This document shows, piece by piece, positions 36,265-48,905 of a DNA stretch of 64,000 nt (within the stretch, counting starts at the first letter, position 1; every line of letters starts with the position of its first letter). Both the position numbers and the translations under genes were made by a program. The stretch comes from Carcharhinus longimanus (lineage: Eukaryota), in NCBI GenBank assembly GCA_030264375.1, contig JASCQW010000139.1, forward strand, positions 22,369,971-22,433,970. Reading direction: 5' to 3'. Under the pieces are notes generated by a model. The model saw only the letters and a list, made by a program, of their open reading frames with translations, did no database searches and had not been told where the DNA came from.

Positions 36265-37095
36265 CATTGGTGAGACCACATCTAGATTACTGTGTAGAGC
36301 TTTGGTCTCCTTATTTATAGGGACATTTTGCCTGCATTGGAGGAAGTTCACGAGAAGGTTCACTTGGGTGATTGTTGGAACGAAATGTTGAGCATGTTGG
36401 AGTTCAGAGAATGAGAGGCGATGGTATTGGGTGGCATGGTGACACAACGGTTAGCACGGCTACCTCACAGCACAGGGATCTGGGTTCAATTCCTGGCATG
36501 AGTCACTGCCTGCACAGCATCTACACATTCTCCCCGTGTCTGCATGGGTTTTCTCCGGGTGCTCTGGTTTCCCCTCTCAGCCCAAAGGATGTGCTGGTTA
36601 GGCACATTTGGCTATATTAAATTCTCCCTCAGTGTACCTGAGCAGGTGCTGGAATGTGATGACTAGGGGATTTTCACAGTAACGTCACTGCGATGTTAAT
36701 GTAAGACTACTTGTGACACTGATAAATAAACTTATAAAAACTTATTGAAACATACAGGATTCTGAGGTGACTTGAAAGAGGGAATGCTGAGAGGAAGTTT
36801 GCCCTTGTGGGGGAATCTAGAACTAAGGAGTACAGTTTTTATTTAAGGCAACAATGAGAAGAAATTTCTTCTCTCAGGGTTGGTAATCTTTGGAATTCCC
36901 TATCTCTGCGACTAGTAGATGCTGGGCTGTTGAAAATATTCAAGACTGAGTTGGACAAATTTCTGATCTACAGTGGGGTTGAGGATTATGGGGGCAGGCA
37001 TGGAAGTGGATTTATAGCCACAATCATTTCAGCCATGATCTTATTATATTGAGAGCTTAATAGCCAACTCCTGCTCCTATTTCTTTTGATCTTGT
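36265..37095 (+). mobile_element. CR1 LINE 3' region interrupted by an HE1-like SINE (tail B, 36428-36740)
   Basis: CR1 motifs continue across the SINE: ...agaatgagaggcgat [SINE] cttattgaaacatacaggattctgagg... Confidence 0.8.
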
Positions 37096-37236
37096 GTCCT
37101 TGTGATTTCCTGCACTTCACTTCAGAGCCGCGCTAAGACAAATCTGAATCAACAGTTATCACTTTTACCGCCTGTCCCTGCTCTTCCCTACTGCATAGTT
37201 GTCAATAATCATTTGGTAACACAACTTGAGCATTAT

Positions 37237-37780
37237 TGAAAAAAAGAGACATACTGTCAAAGCTTTTCATCTTGCACTCATCAGGGCATTTTCAAGTATA
37301 CCAAATGTAAAGGGAAAAACAATTCCTGCTTCAGAGTAAAGTTTATTTACTTATTAGTCAAAGTAGGCTTACATTCAACTGCAATGAGGTTCCTGTGAAA
37401 ATCCCCATNNNNNNNNNNCCATATTTCATGAGAGGACAGTACTGATTGGTTGGCAAGTAGCCTCTTATTTGTTGAGGCGATGCAACGGGGAGTTTTTTTT
37501 AATTCATTCATGGGACATGGGCATCTCTGCCTGGCCAGCATTTATTGCCCATCCTGGTTGCCCGAGGGCAGTTGAGAGTCAACCACATTGCTGTGGCTCT
37601 GGAGTCACATGTAGATCAGACCAGGTAAGGATGACAGATTTCCTTCCCCAAAGGGCATTTGTGAACCAGATGGGGTTTTCCACCAATCGGCACAGTTAAC
37701 TGATCCCTTTTACATTTGGTAATCTTTCAAACGTCCTGAGGTGTGCAAGGCAAAATGCTTCGACGTGTCTCTTTTTTCAG
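37237..37780. mobile_element. Penelope-like element with inverted arms (37237-37315 and 37704-37780) enclosing SINE fragments
   Basis: The arms are approximate reverse complements. The left arm carries CTGATGAGTGCAAGATGAAA on minus. Confidence 0.65.
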
Positions 37781-38553
37781 TGAAGTCTTGATCTGAGTTA
37801 GGTGGCATGCGCCTATCCTGGGACATACACTCTCCATTTATTCAGGCAGCCTAACTTCCAAGTCAAATTACTGAACACTGCAGCAATTTGTTCTCACCTG
37901 CCAAACACAACTAGGCCTGAGAACTTCACTAAGTCTTTGTAGCTGGTAATGGGATTCAGACTTATCTGAGTGGTCGGCCCAATGGGGCTTTGCCCAGTTG
38001 CTAGATGAGTAATTGTCGAGGCCAGCTTTTCAGCGGTGAGCTTGAGGAGTGGCAGCTTGTGTTGCCGACAGAATTGAGAAGCTGGGCCTCGGGGCACTCC
38101 GGGCCACGCTCCTGAATTTAAAAAGGTTTGCAGACACGCTGTGTGCATACCAGCCTCATTATGAACGACAAATTTATGTAAATGGATGTAAACCGCTGCC
38201 ATTTTGCATTCCCCAAGCCGTTTTGTCGGAAGATTCTTTATTTGCCGAGGCACTGGGAAGACTGCAAGCTGGCGGTCAGTGAAATCCACTGTTTAAAGCT
38301 GTGCTAATGTTATTAATGAGTTTGCATTCTGACTGACTTTGGGCTTGACAACATGTTAAATGTTTCACTTTTGCCTGCTGTTCTCCTCGAATCCAACCCT
38401 CATTTGTTGCCCAGCATTAACTCCAGTGTTCCAGTTCACCTCAATGACTACAGGCAGTGGGGACTATGCATGTCCCATTCAGCCTGCCAAAGACCGTCCT
38501 GGATTTCAATTTGGAAGAAGAATTTTTGAGGGTTGGGGAGTGAATGAGGTTAT

Positions 38554-38905
38554 TTTTTATTTATTTGTGGGACATGGATGTTACTGGTTGGCCAGCATTT
38601 ATTGCCCATCCCTAGTTACCCAAGAACAGTCGAGAGTCAATCACACTGCCATGGCTCTAGCGTCATATGTAGCCCAGACCAGGTAAGAACGGCAGATTTC
38701 CTTCCCTGAAGGGCGTTAATGACCCAGACAGGATTTTCTGACAAACAACAATGGTTTCATGGTCATCAGTAGATTCTTAATTCCAGATTTTTTTTATTGA
38801 ATTCAAATTTCACCATCTGCCGTGATGGGATTCGAACCCAGATGGCCAGAAAATTAGTTGAGTTTCTGGATGAATAGTCTAGCGACAATACCACAAGGCC
38901 ACTGC
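38554..38905 (-). mobile_element. SacSINE1-like SINE
   Basis: Near full-length reverse copy. Confidence 0.75.
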
Positions 38906-39785
38906 CAAGTGTGTTGGCATGGCAGATGCTTGGCACCCATCTGCAGCTTGCCCAGCAATTGTAGCATAACCAGTTGTAATGATTTGGGCACATTGTAAGA
39001 TACATTTCTGTACTGTCGCCAAGTCAGCAGGCAGACAACAGATTGCCCCAAGTACTGGTGCCTGAACTTCCGGAGACTTCCAGCACAAAGACAGCTCTAC
39101 ATCCTGTGATTAAATCACTACTGCATTGACTTACGAGTCAGCAGTTCATCTGAAGCATCCATTTTATTGAGGTAATCATTTGCCTGTATACAAGTGTAAC
39201 CAATTGGTCAGTAGTGGAGTTTTGTTGCCCAGGCAACAGGTGTCACTTTCTCGGCAAATTGGGAGAAACTACTGAAGGGGGCGTGAAACTTCTACTGGGA
39301 GGTGGGGAGACCGAGTTCCCAGAAGCACAGGATGGCATTGATGGCACAAAACTCTCAGGGTCCCATAGTTTAACAACCCCATTGCCATTTGATCGACATA
39401 CTGCTCGATTTAGTAACCACAGCCGAATAATGGAGATAACTGCCAGATACTTTAGCAAGAATTGTCATCCTTCCATTATGAAGCAGTCAATTTTGCCATA
39501 ATTTGACTGTCTTCTGCCCTGTAAGGATTCTGTGAACTCTGTGGCGGTAAGGTAGAACGGATGAGTAAGCTATTGCCACCAGTTTGATCATAGATCAGGG
39601 AAGGTCTTACACTACAGCCCTGAAAAGGTCTCAGGGATCACTTACATCTCTTGTTCTGAGACTTTGACAGAATAGATTCCATTGCTTCATGAAACCCTTC
39701 TGCATGTTGACATCGATACTTAGACACAATTGTTATCCTGCTTTGATATTCCACACAGGGACTTGGCAAAGAACTCACTGAAAAT

Positions 39786-40112
39786 AGAACCATAGAATTC
39801 TAACAGTGCAGGAGGAGGTCATCTGGCCCATCAAGTCATCACAAATTCACCAGAAGAACGGCTTACTCAAGCCCACCCCTATCCCCGTAACCCGCTAATC
39901 ATTGCTAATCTACCTGACACACACATCTTTGGACACTAAAGTGCAATTTAGCAAGGCCAATCCACCTAACCTGAACGTCTTTGGACTGTGGGAGGAAACC
40001 GGACCACCAGGAGGAAACCCACGCAGACACGGGGAGAATGTGCATACAGAGTCACCCAAGCCTGGAACTGAACCTGGGTCCATGGTGCTGTGTGGCAGCA
40101 GTGCTAACTACG
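39786..40112 (-). mobile_element. HE1-like SINE, tail A
   Basis: Full reverse copy. Confidence 0.8.
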
Positions 40113-40944
40113 TGTCGAGGTGAACCTTAAAGACAAGTACAACTCCTGCAAAATATAAATGTGTGGATTTTCTAGCAGCCATCTGTGTAGCTATAACCCT
40201 GTCTTCCTTCTATAATGCTTCATCCGCTGCCATCACCACTTTTCCCCATTGGTAATTGGTACTTCAGCTGGTATTTCCTCCTGACTCCCTCCCGTCAATA
40301 CATCTGAGCCAGTGTGTCTGGAATCTGGAGAGCTTGATGGGGACTGATGTGATGAGTTGCTTCTTGTTCTGGATGACGGCTTCCTGACCTTAGGAGATCC
40401 TTACACAAAGAGAAGTGGGGCATGGACAAGCATAGCAAATGTAGCCGATTGCAGTAGGCTGCCTCATTGATCATAAGATGCCAGCAAGATAAAAGTTTGG
40501 TGAATTCTTAAACTTCCCCACTCAGTTGCACAGTGGAGCAAACTTCTGAAATTTTTCTCCCAATAATGTACATTTTACACAGAAAGTTTTTCATCAACTG
40601 ACTGCCCTCTGTGCACAGCGCACTATGTATTAGTTATTTATAAATGTGTACCACCTTGTCTCCTATGGTGTACTAACAATGGAGAAATGATGAGGGTTGT
40701 AAAAAAAACATAATGGATTCTGTTGGATCCCAACCTACAGCCAGAGAACTAAGTACATATAGACTTCAAACAAAATAACAACATCAGTTGTTTCTTATTT
40801 CTTGCAGGCATCAACTTAGTTCTGTTTGTAACACTTCATGAGGCTTTGCGTTCAATTTTCAGTCCAGGATTTGAGCATATTATCTAGATTCATATTGTAG
40901 TCCATAGTTAGTGGTGACAGTCTTCAGAGAAGATGTTTATAGAG

Positions 40945-41670
40945 TCATCGAGACACATGGAATGGAATCAGGCCCTTCTGCTCTAAACTAAACTAGTCCC
41001 ATATCCCTCTAAACTTTTCCTTTCCGTGTGCGTGTACAAATGTCTTTTAAATGTTGTAATTGTACCCACCTCCATCATCTTCTCTGGCAGCTCACTCCAT
41101 ATACGTACCGCTCGCTGTTTGAAAAGATGGCCCTCAGGTCCCTTCCAAATATTTCCCTTCTCACCTCAAACCTATGTGCTCTAGTCATGGACTCCCCTTC
41201 CCTGGAGAAAATACCTTGGCTATTTACCTTATCTACGCTTCTCATGATTTTATAAACTTCTATATGCTCACTTTGCATCCCCCTACACTCCAGGGTAAAA
41301 ATTATTGAACCTACAGTGCAGAAGGAGGCCATTTGACCCATCAAGCCTGTACTGACAACAATCCCACCCAGGTCCTATCACTGTAACCCCACAAATTTAT
41401 CCTCCTAATCCCGCTGACAATAAGGAGCAATTTATCTTGGCCAATCAACCTAATCTGCACATCTTTGGACTGTGGGAAGAAACTGGGGCACCCACGCAGA
41501 CACGGGGAGAATGTGCAAACTCCACACAGATAGTGACCCAAGGCCAGAATTGAACGCGGGTCCCTGGGACTGTGGGGCAGCAGTGTTAACCACTATGCCA
41601 CTGTGCCATCCATAAAAGTCCCAGTCTATCCAACTACTTCTTATAATTCAAACCTTCTAGCCTCGGTAAC
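40945..41670 (-). mobile_element. CR1 3' end interrupted by an HE1-like SINE (41305-41610)
   Basis: IEVYKIMRSVDKVNSQGIFSREGESMTRAHRFEVR. The CR1 sequence resumes after the SINE. Confidence 0.8.
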
Positions 41671-43222
41671 ATGTTAAGAAAGTAAATTCTGCTAACCTGT
41701 TTCAATAGTTCAGGAGGGTGTTCAGTGTCCAGCAGCAGGATTTGAAGGGCAAAAATACTCGCTCTCTCCTGTCCAAAAGCCCTTCTTGGTACATCCCCAT
41801 ATGCATCTTAACTGTTTGCTCATCTTTATGCTGATTAGTTGCGCTCGTTCACCACTTGAAGCAAAATGGAAGCAGTTGAAATTGAAGTTCTTGAATTTTA
41901 AATAATTAAGAGGTCTGCTTATACCAGAAATGATGCAAGCTCACACCCTCTCGTTAACTAAATTAATGATGTGTTGCATAATGGGACAGTAGCCCTTGGC
42001 CTCTGTTGGCGGAATCAAAAATTCAANNNNNNNNNNNNNNNNNNNNNNNNNNNNNNNNNNNNNNNNNNNNNNNNNNNNNNNNNNNNNNNNNNNNNNNNNN
42101 NNNNNNNNNNNNNNNNNNNNNNNNNNNNNNNNNNNNNNNNNNNNNNNNNNNNNNNNNNNNNNNNNNNNNNNNNNNNNNNNNNNNNNNNNNNNNNNNNNNN
42201 NNNNNNNNNNNNNNNNNNNNNNNNNNNNNNNNNNNNNNNNNNNNNNNNGGAACGTCTTCACCAGCTGGAGTATTAGAAGGCGGCGCCGATTTGTGGGATT
42301 CACGCTTGCGTTCCTGACAGCGGGAAACTGGCGGGAAGACCAGGTGAGTAATTTAAATCTATTCTTAATGTTATTTGAATGTCATTATCAGGCCCAGGAC
42401 TGAATTCTCCAGGCCCCATAGCACCTCCCATCCTGCCTGTACATAGTCATTCTGGTGGTGTTTAGAGTAGCTCCCCACTTCTGGGGAACTGCCTGCTGGA
42501 GCAAAGGGAGGGAAGCAATCAGGTTGGACAATGGGGGGGGGAAGTGATGCCCCCTGGGCATGGGCACCCTGGCAGTGTCAGCCTGTGGCACTGCCCAAGG
42601 GGGAAAGTGCCCATGCCTAGGGAGCAACTTGACACTGCACACCGGGCATTGGGTGGGGCTTATTGGGTTGGGGCTTAGGGAGTGGGGCCCAATGGGGGCA
42701 GGGCTTAGGGGCAATCGGTAGGGGTGGGGAGTCCCACTGCCACTCTGTCATTTGGATTGATCCGGCCTGGAGGGAAGCCAATGATCGGGGCAGGTGGGGA
42801 GAGTCGGCCATGAGTTTCTGCCTCCCATGGGGGGATCATCACTATTGATGGGGCAATGCTGGAGATCTGGGCACTCTGGCATGGGGAAGAAGTCGGGACT
42901 GGCCTAACAATGCTTGCGGGGGTGACGATTGAACAATAGGAGGGGTGGTGGGAGAGCAGTATCGTGAGGGTCCCAGGCTGACCAGCGATCGAGCTGGCCA
43001 GCAAATGAGAGGCTGACAGGTTAGGGCTACTGCGCAAGCACAGAGTTCCAGAACTGTCAGCCTCTGGCATGAAGAGGCCTCAACCCCCGAGCTTTTAATG
43101 ATATTCCTGATTGTGACCTCTGCATTGTACAGAGTGTGGGAGATTGGAGTCTGATCTCCCACTGAAAAAATAATTGTGATTTACACCATTTTACCCACAA
43201 ATTCAGCACTTCGAATTTTTCT

Positions 43223-43982
43223 GGGAGAATCGCCTCCAGAGAACCTGGTGAACTGGTGTGACGACAATAATCCTTCCCTTAATGTCAGTAAAACGAAGGA
43301 GATAGTCATCAAATTTAGGAAACCTAATGGAGGACATACCTCTGTCTAATCAACAGGGATCAAGTCAAAATGGTCCAGAGCTTCAAGTTTCCAGGTTTTC
43401 AGATCACCTGTCCTAGTCCTGCCACACTGACACAATTATTGAGAAAGCCCATCAATGCTTCTACTTTCTCAGGAAGCTAAGGAAATTTGACTCTCTAACT
43501 TCCACAGATGCACCATAAAAAGCATCCTTTCTGGATGTATCACAGCCTGGAATAACTCCTGCTCTGACCAAGTCCGGAAAAAACTACAAAGGGCGAATAT
43601 AGCCCAGTCCATCACGCAAACCAGCCTCCCATCCACTAACTTTGCCTACACTTCCCATTGCCTTGAAAAAGCAGCCGGCGTAATCTAGGACCCCACACAC
43701 CCCAGACAGTCTCTATCACTTTCTTCCATCAGGAAAAAGATACAAAAGTCTGAGATCATGTAAGAACTGACTAAAGAACACCATCTTCCCTGCTGCCATC
43801 AGACTTTTGAATGGACCTATCACATATTAAGTTGATTTTCTCTATGCCCTAGCTATGACTGTAGTACATTCTGCACCCTCTCCCCAATGTCAACTATGAA
43901 CAGTACTTTCTCTGTATAGGACGCAAGAAACAATACTGTTCACTGCATCGCAATACATGTGACAACAATAAATCAAATCAAA
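43223..43982 (+). mobile_element. Rex1/Babar-like LINE 3' end
   Basis: NLVNWCDDNNPSLNVSKTKEIVIKFRK RT C-terminal motif, degenerate downstream coding sequence and an (AAATC)n tail. Confidence 0.8.
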
Positions 43983-44245
43983 ATTTTTATGGCTTGTATG
44001 GCTGACTCATAGTTTAGGAAAAATGTGATGGTATAGGGATTGCAAAGTGAAAGCTGTTTTATTATTGCAGAAGTTTTTGGGATAATTATTGATTTATAGT
44101 CAATTTATGGCCACTTAATTGTTCACATTCTCTCTTTACCTTTTGATCAAATGCAATGGCATTGAATTATTTGGTCAGCTCCAATTGAGTGTTTGGATAT
44201 CTCATGTAGAAATTGGAATGACCATGGCAACCTGGAATCCTTGTA

Positions 44246-44844
44246 CCCAAAAGAGAAAATGCTGGTAAATCTCAGCAGGGCTGGCAGCATCTGTAAGGAG
44301 GGAAAGGAGCTGATGTTTTGATTCCAGGCAACCCTTTGTCAAAGCTAAAAGGCATTGAAAGTGGGAGATATTTATACTGTGGTGGAGGGTATGAAAGATG
44401 AGTCATAGCCGGGGGAAAAGACTGCNNNNNNNNNNNNNNNNNNNNNNNNNNNNNNNNNNNNNNNNNNNNNNNNNNNNNNNNNNNNNNNNNNNNNNNNNNN
44501 NNNNNNNNNNNNNNNNNNNNNNNNNNNNNNNNNNNNNNNNNNNNNNNNNNNNNNNNNNNNNGAAGGGGATGATGCGGAGGAAAGACGTGGGGTGGGGGGG
44601 AAGAAAAATGAAGAAAGATAATAAAGAAATAAAAGGTAGAGAACAGTAAAAAATTAAATAAAATAGAATGAAAACAAAGGGGGCCTAGGTGGGGTCGAGC
44701 AAATCATCTGAAGTTGTTGGATTTGATGTTGAGATCGGAAGGCTGTAAAGTGCCTAGCCGGAAGATGAGATGGTCTTCCTCCAGTTTGCATTGAGCTTCA
44801 CTAGGACTTTGCAGCAAGCCAAGGACAGACATGTGGGCAAGGGA
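44246..44844 (-). mobile_element. 5'-truncated Penelope-like element with GIY-YIG C-terminus and 10-bp TSD
   Basis: Minus 44844-44704 reads SLAHMSVLGLLQSPSEAQCKLEEDHLIFRLGTLQPSDLNIKSNNFR*. aatccttgta occurs at 44236-44245 and 44845-44854. Confidence 0.8.
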
Positions 44845-45379
44845 AATCCTTGTAACTGAGCAAAATAAGCATTCATCTACATATTTTGTACAATTTTAAA
44901 ATATCCTTGCTCTGCTGTGAAATATCAAGTTGACTTCCGATGAAGAAGAAATCAAGGATAGCATGGCTACATTTTCACTTTCTAATAGCAGGAACCTGGC
45001 CATCGAGGAATCAAGGGTATATTAATAACAGAACACAACATCTTCTGCAACATCAGATGAGACCAGTAATAACATTTTGAGTTTTTATTGTGGAGGAACA
45101 AAATTTTGAGGTGATTTGTGTTGTGGGAAATGCATAAACTGTTCCTGAGAAATTGCAGCATTATAAAAGAAAACAGACTACTTTTTCCTGTCAGTGTTAA
45201 TATATTGAATCGTATAGCATTTGATTTTATGATACCTGCAATACTTACAGTACAGTTGTGTTTCTTGTTATGAACTTGTTATGGCTTAAGGCAATCTTCA
45301 GAATTGAGTCCAAGATTCTCGAACCTCCATCCTCTCTTCCTCTTTATATGTCAGTTCTTTGGGACTAAGGATGTATCAT

Positions 45380-45675
45380 AAAATCACAGGCACCCTAAGG
45401 CACAGAAAGAGGGCCATTTGGCCCATCAAGTCTGCACGCACTCTTACACAGGCTTACCCTGTAACCCCATGTATTTACCCTTTGATCTATATATATAGGG
45501 GCACTTTAGCATGGCCAATCAACATAACCCGCACATCTTTGGACTGAAACCAGAGACCCAGGAGGAAACCCATGGAGATATAGGGAGAATGTGCAAACTC
45601 CACACTGACAGTAACCCGAGGCTGGAATCGAACCCTGGTCCCTGACGCTGTGAAGCAGCAGTGCTAACCACTGTA
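45380..45675 (-). mobile_element. HE1-like SINE, tail A
   Basis: Reverse copy. Confidence 0.75.
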
Positions 45676-46207
45676 CAACTGTGACAAAGAGGAAGATCAA
45701 AGGGCTAATGACTGTGCCACCCCAAATGTACCATTTAAACATACCATTTAAAGTTTTATGTCTTTTGATGCACTTGAGCAAGATTTGCACTTTATTTTGT
45801 TTTGTAATTTTCTTCTATTTTTCTTTTAAAAATGAATCAATTGTTGGCTTGGGTCAGTTCTTCAAATAGTAAACATCTGGAACCCAATTCTAACCCGCCT
45901 CCAGGGTTTAAGAAGGCGGGACAAGTGATGGACAGCTAATTCTCTACCTGATCTTATGGCCAGCTGAAATGTTAGTCTACTAATCAGGGCAAACTGTGAG
46001 GGACAGAAGATGCACACTGTGAGTCTAAATCTTTCTTGTAATAAGGAACTGACACAGTGGAAGAATTTTCCCATCCCACAAACCAAGGGAATAGTCGGGG
46101 GGGGGCGGTGGTGAAGGTGGGCTATACAAAGGTCTGTTGACCTTGGGCAGGATTTTCTGGTTTTGGAGCAAGCATGGCTGGAAAATCCCACCCAGTATCT
46201 AACATGT

Positions 46208-46395
46208 GGCTGGCACAATGGCAGAGTGATTAGCACTACTGCCTCACAATGTCAGGGACACCAGTTTGATTCCAGGCTTGGGTGACTATGTGGCGTCTGC
46301 TCATTCTTCCTGTGTCTGCCTGGGTTTCTTCCGAGTGTCCTGGTTTCCTCCNNNNNNNNNNAATGGCCTCCTTCTACACTGTAGGGATTCTATGT
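46208..46395 (+). mobile_element. HE1-like SINE (gapped)
   Basis: Head and tail A are separated by a 10-N gap. Confidence 0.7.
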
Positions 46396-46909
46396 TATGT
46401 CATGTGGTCTAACCAAAATTCAATACAGGTTTGGCACATCCTTACTTTTCAATTTGAGAAAGTGTAGTACTTGATTAGCTTTCGTAGCGGTCTTACTAAC
46501 CTATGGCATAATTTTTAGTGACTGCTGTGTTTGTACTCCGAATTCCCTTTGTTGCCCTAACTCTAATGCAAACACCTTCCAGGTAATAAGTGACCTCCCT
46601 ATTCTTCCTAATCAAACCTTATATTTATCTGTGTTGAACTTCATTCAACAATTATTTGCCCATTCCAAAAGCTTATTAATATATTCCTGTAATTTTTACA
46701 GCTCCCACCCCCCAACTCCAGTATTGACTATTAACTTCAATCACACCCCAGCCATCAAATTTTGTGCTATTCCCAAATTTACAAATTATGGCTGGAAATC
46801 CCTGCTATTCACGCCAGCAGTATTTTCTGGTTCTCTGATGGCGCATTCCCATTGTGGGTTTCCTAGCTGTGTGGGGTGGGATCAATGGGAAATCTCATTG
46901 ACAGCGTTG

Positions 46910-47726
46910 TGTGATAATATAGTGCTTTAAGAAATACATTTTAGTCATGATTCTGTGCAGGATATTTCCAGCAGTTCTTGCCATTTTATCAGAGTCATTT
47001 TGTCTGGCTCGAGAAGCTCTGCATTGTTACTGCAGCAACATAACTGTTCTTAGTTGATGCAATGATTGTTTTGATTTGAATCAATGCAGGGTACGCTTCT
47101 TGATGTTCCCCTAGGATTTTGCAGAATGGGGCTTGTTTGGCATGATTAACAGGTCTGGTCATGTGATGGAGTAAAGCTAGCCTTAAACAGTGAATTCCAG
47201 CTTAGTTGGTTTTTAGATGCTGCTTTTGAGTTGGAGAGAACAGTGTGTCTCTTTTCTATCTCTGAGGTCTGAGACTGGGAGCTACCAGAGACTAGGTTTA
47301 TTTATCTTAAATATTTTTGTTTTGAGGATATATCCTCTGGAAACTGCTGTCTGGATCTCTGTCAAGAAGTATTAAAATTTAGCATCACGTAAGCGTCCTG
47401 GGTTTCTGTGCTAACTGGTTCGACGTAAGGAATCTATGTCTATGGAAGATACTACTGAATTGGAACAGTAGAGATGGAAAGGTATTAAGAATTATACTTT
47501 GTCATGTTCAAGCATTTTAATTGGGAAAAGTTTCGCTAGCTATTTTTGTTATATTCTGTGTTTTTAAGTAAAGATTTGTTTTGATTAAAAACTTTCTAGT
47601 GGGTCACTTGAAATATACCTGGAGTGAAACATATTATGCTCATCCTAATGTCAAAAACAAATGTACAAGTTGGGGTCTAGGCTAACTTCATAACATACCT
47701 TGGAGTTTCTGATCTGGTCCATAACA
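46910..47726 (+). mobile_element. Solo LTR related to 26235-27186
   Basis: TGTGAT...TAACA termini. Shares ctagtgggtcacttgaa and ggagttYctga...taaca with the other copy. TSD is degenerate. Confidence 0.7.
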
Positions 47727-48074
47727 GGGGGAACCAAAAATTCTTGCCACTGGCCAGTGGCATACTGCCTCTCACCACTGAGAAACATGAGAGAATCCCA
47801 CTGTATGGGAAGGATTTTACAGCCTCCCTTATCCAGGAACCATAAAGTCCTGTCTGAGGTCAATGGACCTTCCCATTATCCATTCCTTGTCTGTTCCGAT
47901 TCCTGTGGCAGGTGAGCCAGTAAAATACCTATGTCTTTGAAAGTTTCAAATCATTAGTGTAAATTTTGAACATCAGTGATCCCAGCACTGATTCCTGTGA
48001 ATAATCACTTCACCATCACCCCTCCCCTTCCTTTTGCTACTCTGAATAAGTACAATTTATCCCCACTCTCTATA

Positions 48075-48740
48075 AAGCAAATTACTGTGGATGCTGGAAT
48101 CTGAAACCAAAAGAGAAAATGCTGNNNNNNNNNNNNNNNNNNNNNNNNNNNNNNNNNNNNNNNNNNNNNNNNNNNNNNNNNNNNNNNNNNNNNNNNNNNN
48201 NNNNNNNNNNNNNNNNNNNNNNNNTGAAACCAAAAGAGAAAATGCTGGAAAATCTCAGCAGGTCTGGCTGTAAGGTACATCTAAAAGGCAAGTTTCCGCT
48301 AGTGTTTCCACTAGTAGGATAAAAACTAGAACCAGAGGGCACGACTCAGGCTAAAGGGGTGATCCCTTAAAACAGAGATGAGGAGGAATTTCTTCAGCCA
48401 GAGAGTGGTGAATCTGTGGAACTCTTTGCCGCACAAGGCTGTGGAGGCCAGGTCATTGAATGTCTTTAAGATAGAGATCGTAAGGTTCTTGATTAATAAG
48501 GGGATCACGGGTTATAGGGAAATGGCAAATAGGGATGAGAAAAATATCAGCCATGATTAAATAGTGGAGGAGACTCAGTGGGCCAAGTGGCTTAATTCGA
48601 CTCCTATGTCTTATGGTCTTAAGGAGATAAAACAGCTGGTGTTTCAAGTCCAGATGACCCTTTATCATAGCTAAAAGGGCATATGACTCATCTTTCATTC
48701 CCTCACCCTACAGTATAAATATCTCCCACTTTCTATGCTT
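48075..48740. mobile_element. Penelope-like terminal repeat interrupted by a CR1 3' end (~48290-48620, plus)
   Basis: aaaatgctggaaaatctcagcaggtctgg...[MRRNFFSQRVVNLWNSLPHKAVEA]...taaggagataaaacagctggtgtttcaagtccagatgaccc. Confidence 0.7.
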
Positions 48741-48749
48741 TTAGCGCAT

Positions 48750-48905
48750 TTTGGATGGTGGGAGGAAACCAGAGATTCCAGAGGAAACCCACGGAAGCAC
48801 CAGGAGAATGTACATACTTCACACAGACAGTCACCTGAGGCCAGAAATGAACCCGGGTCCCTGGTGCTGTGAGGCAGCAATGCTAACTCTACCACCATGC
48901 TGCCT
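48750..48905 (-). mobile_element. HE1-like SINE, partial
   Basis: Head and core only. Confidence 0.75.

Noticed and set aside
48105-48246. Direct repeat tgaaaccaaaagagaaaatgctg on both sides of a gap
   Set aside because: It flanks an exactly 100-N scaffolding gap, so it is probably a contig-overlap artefact.
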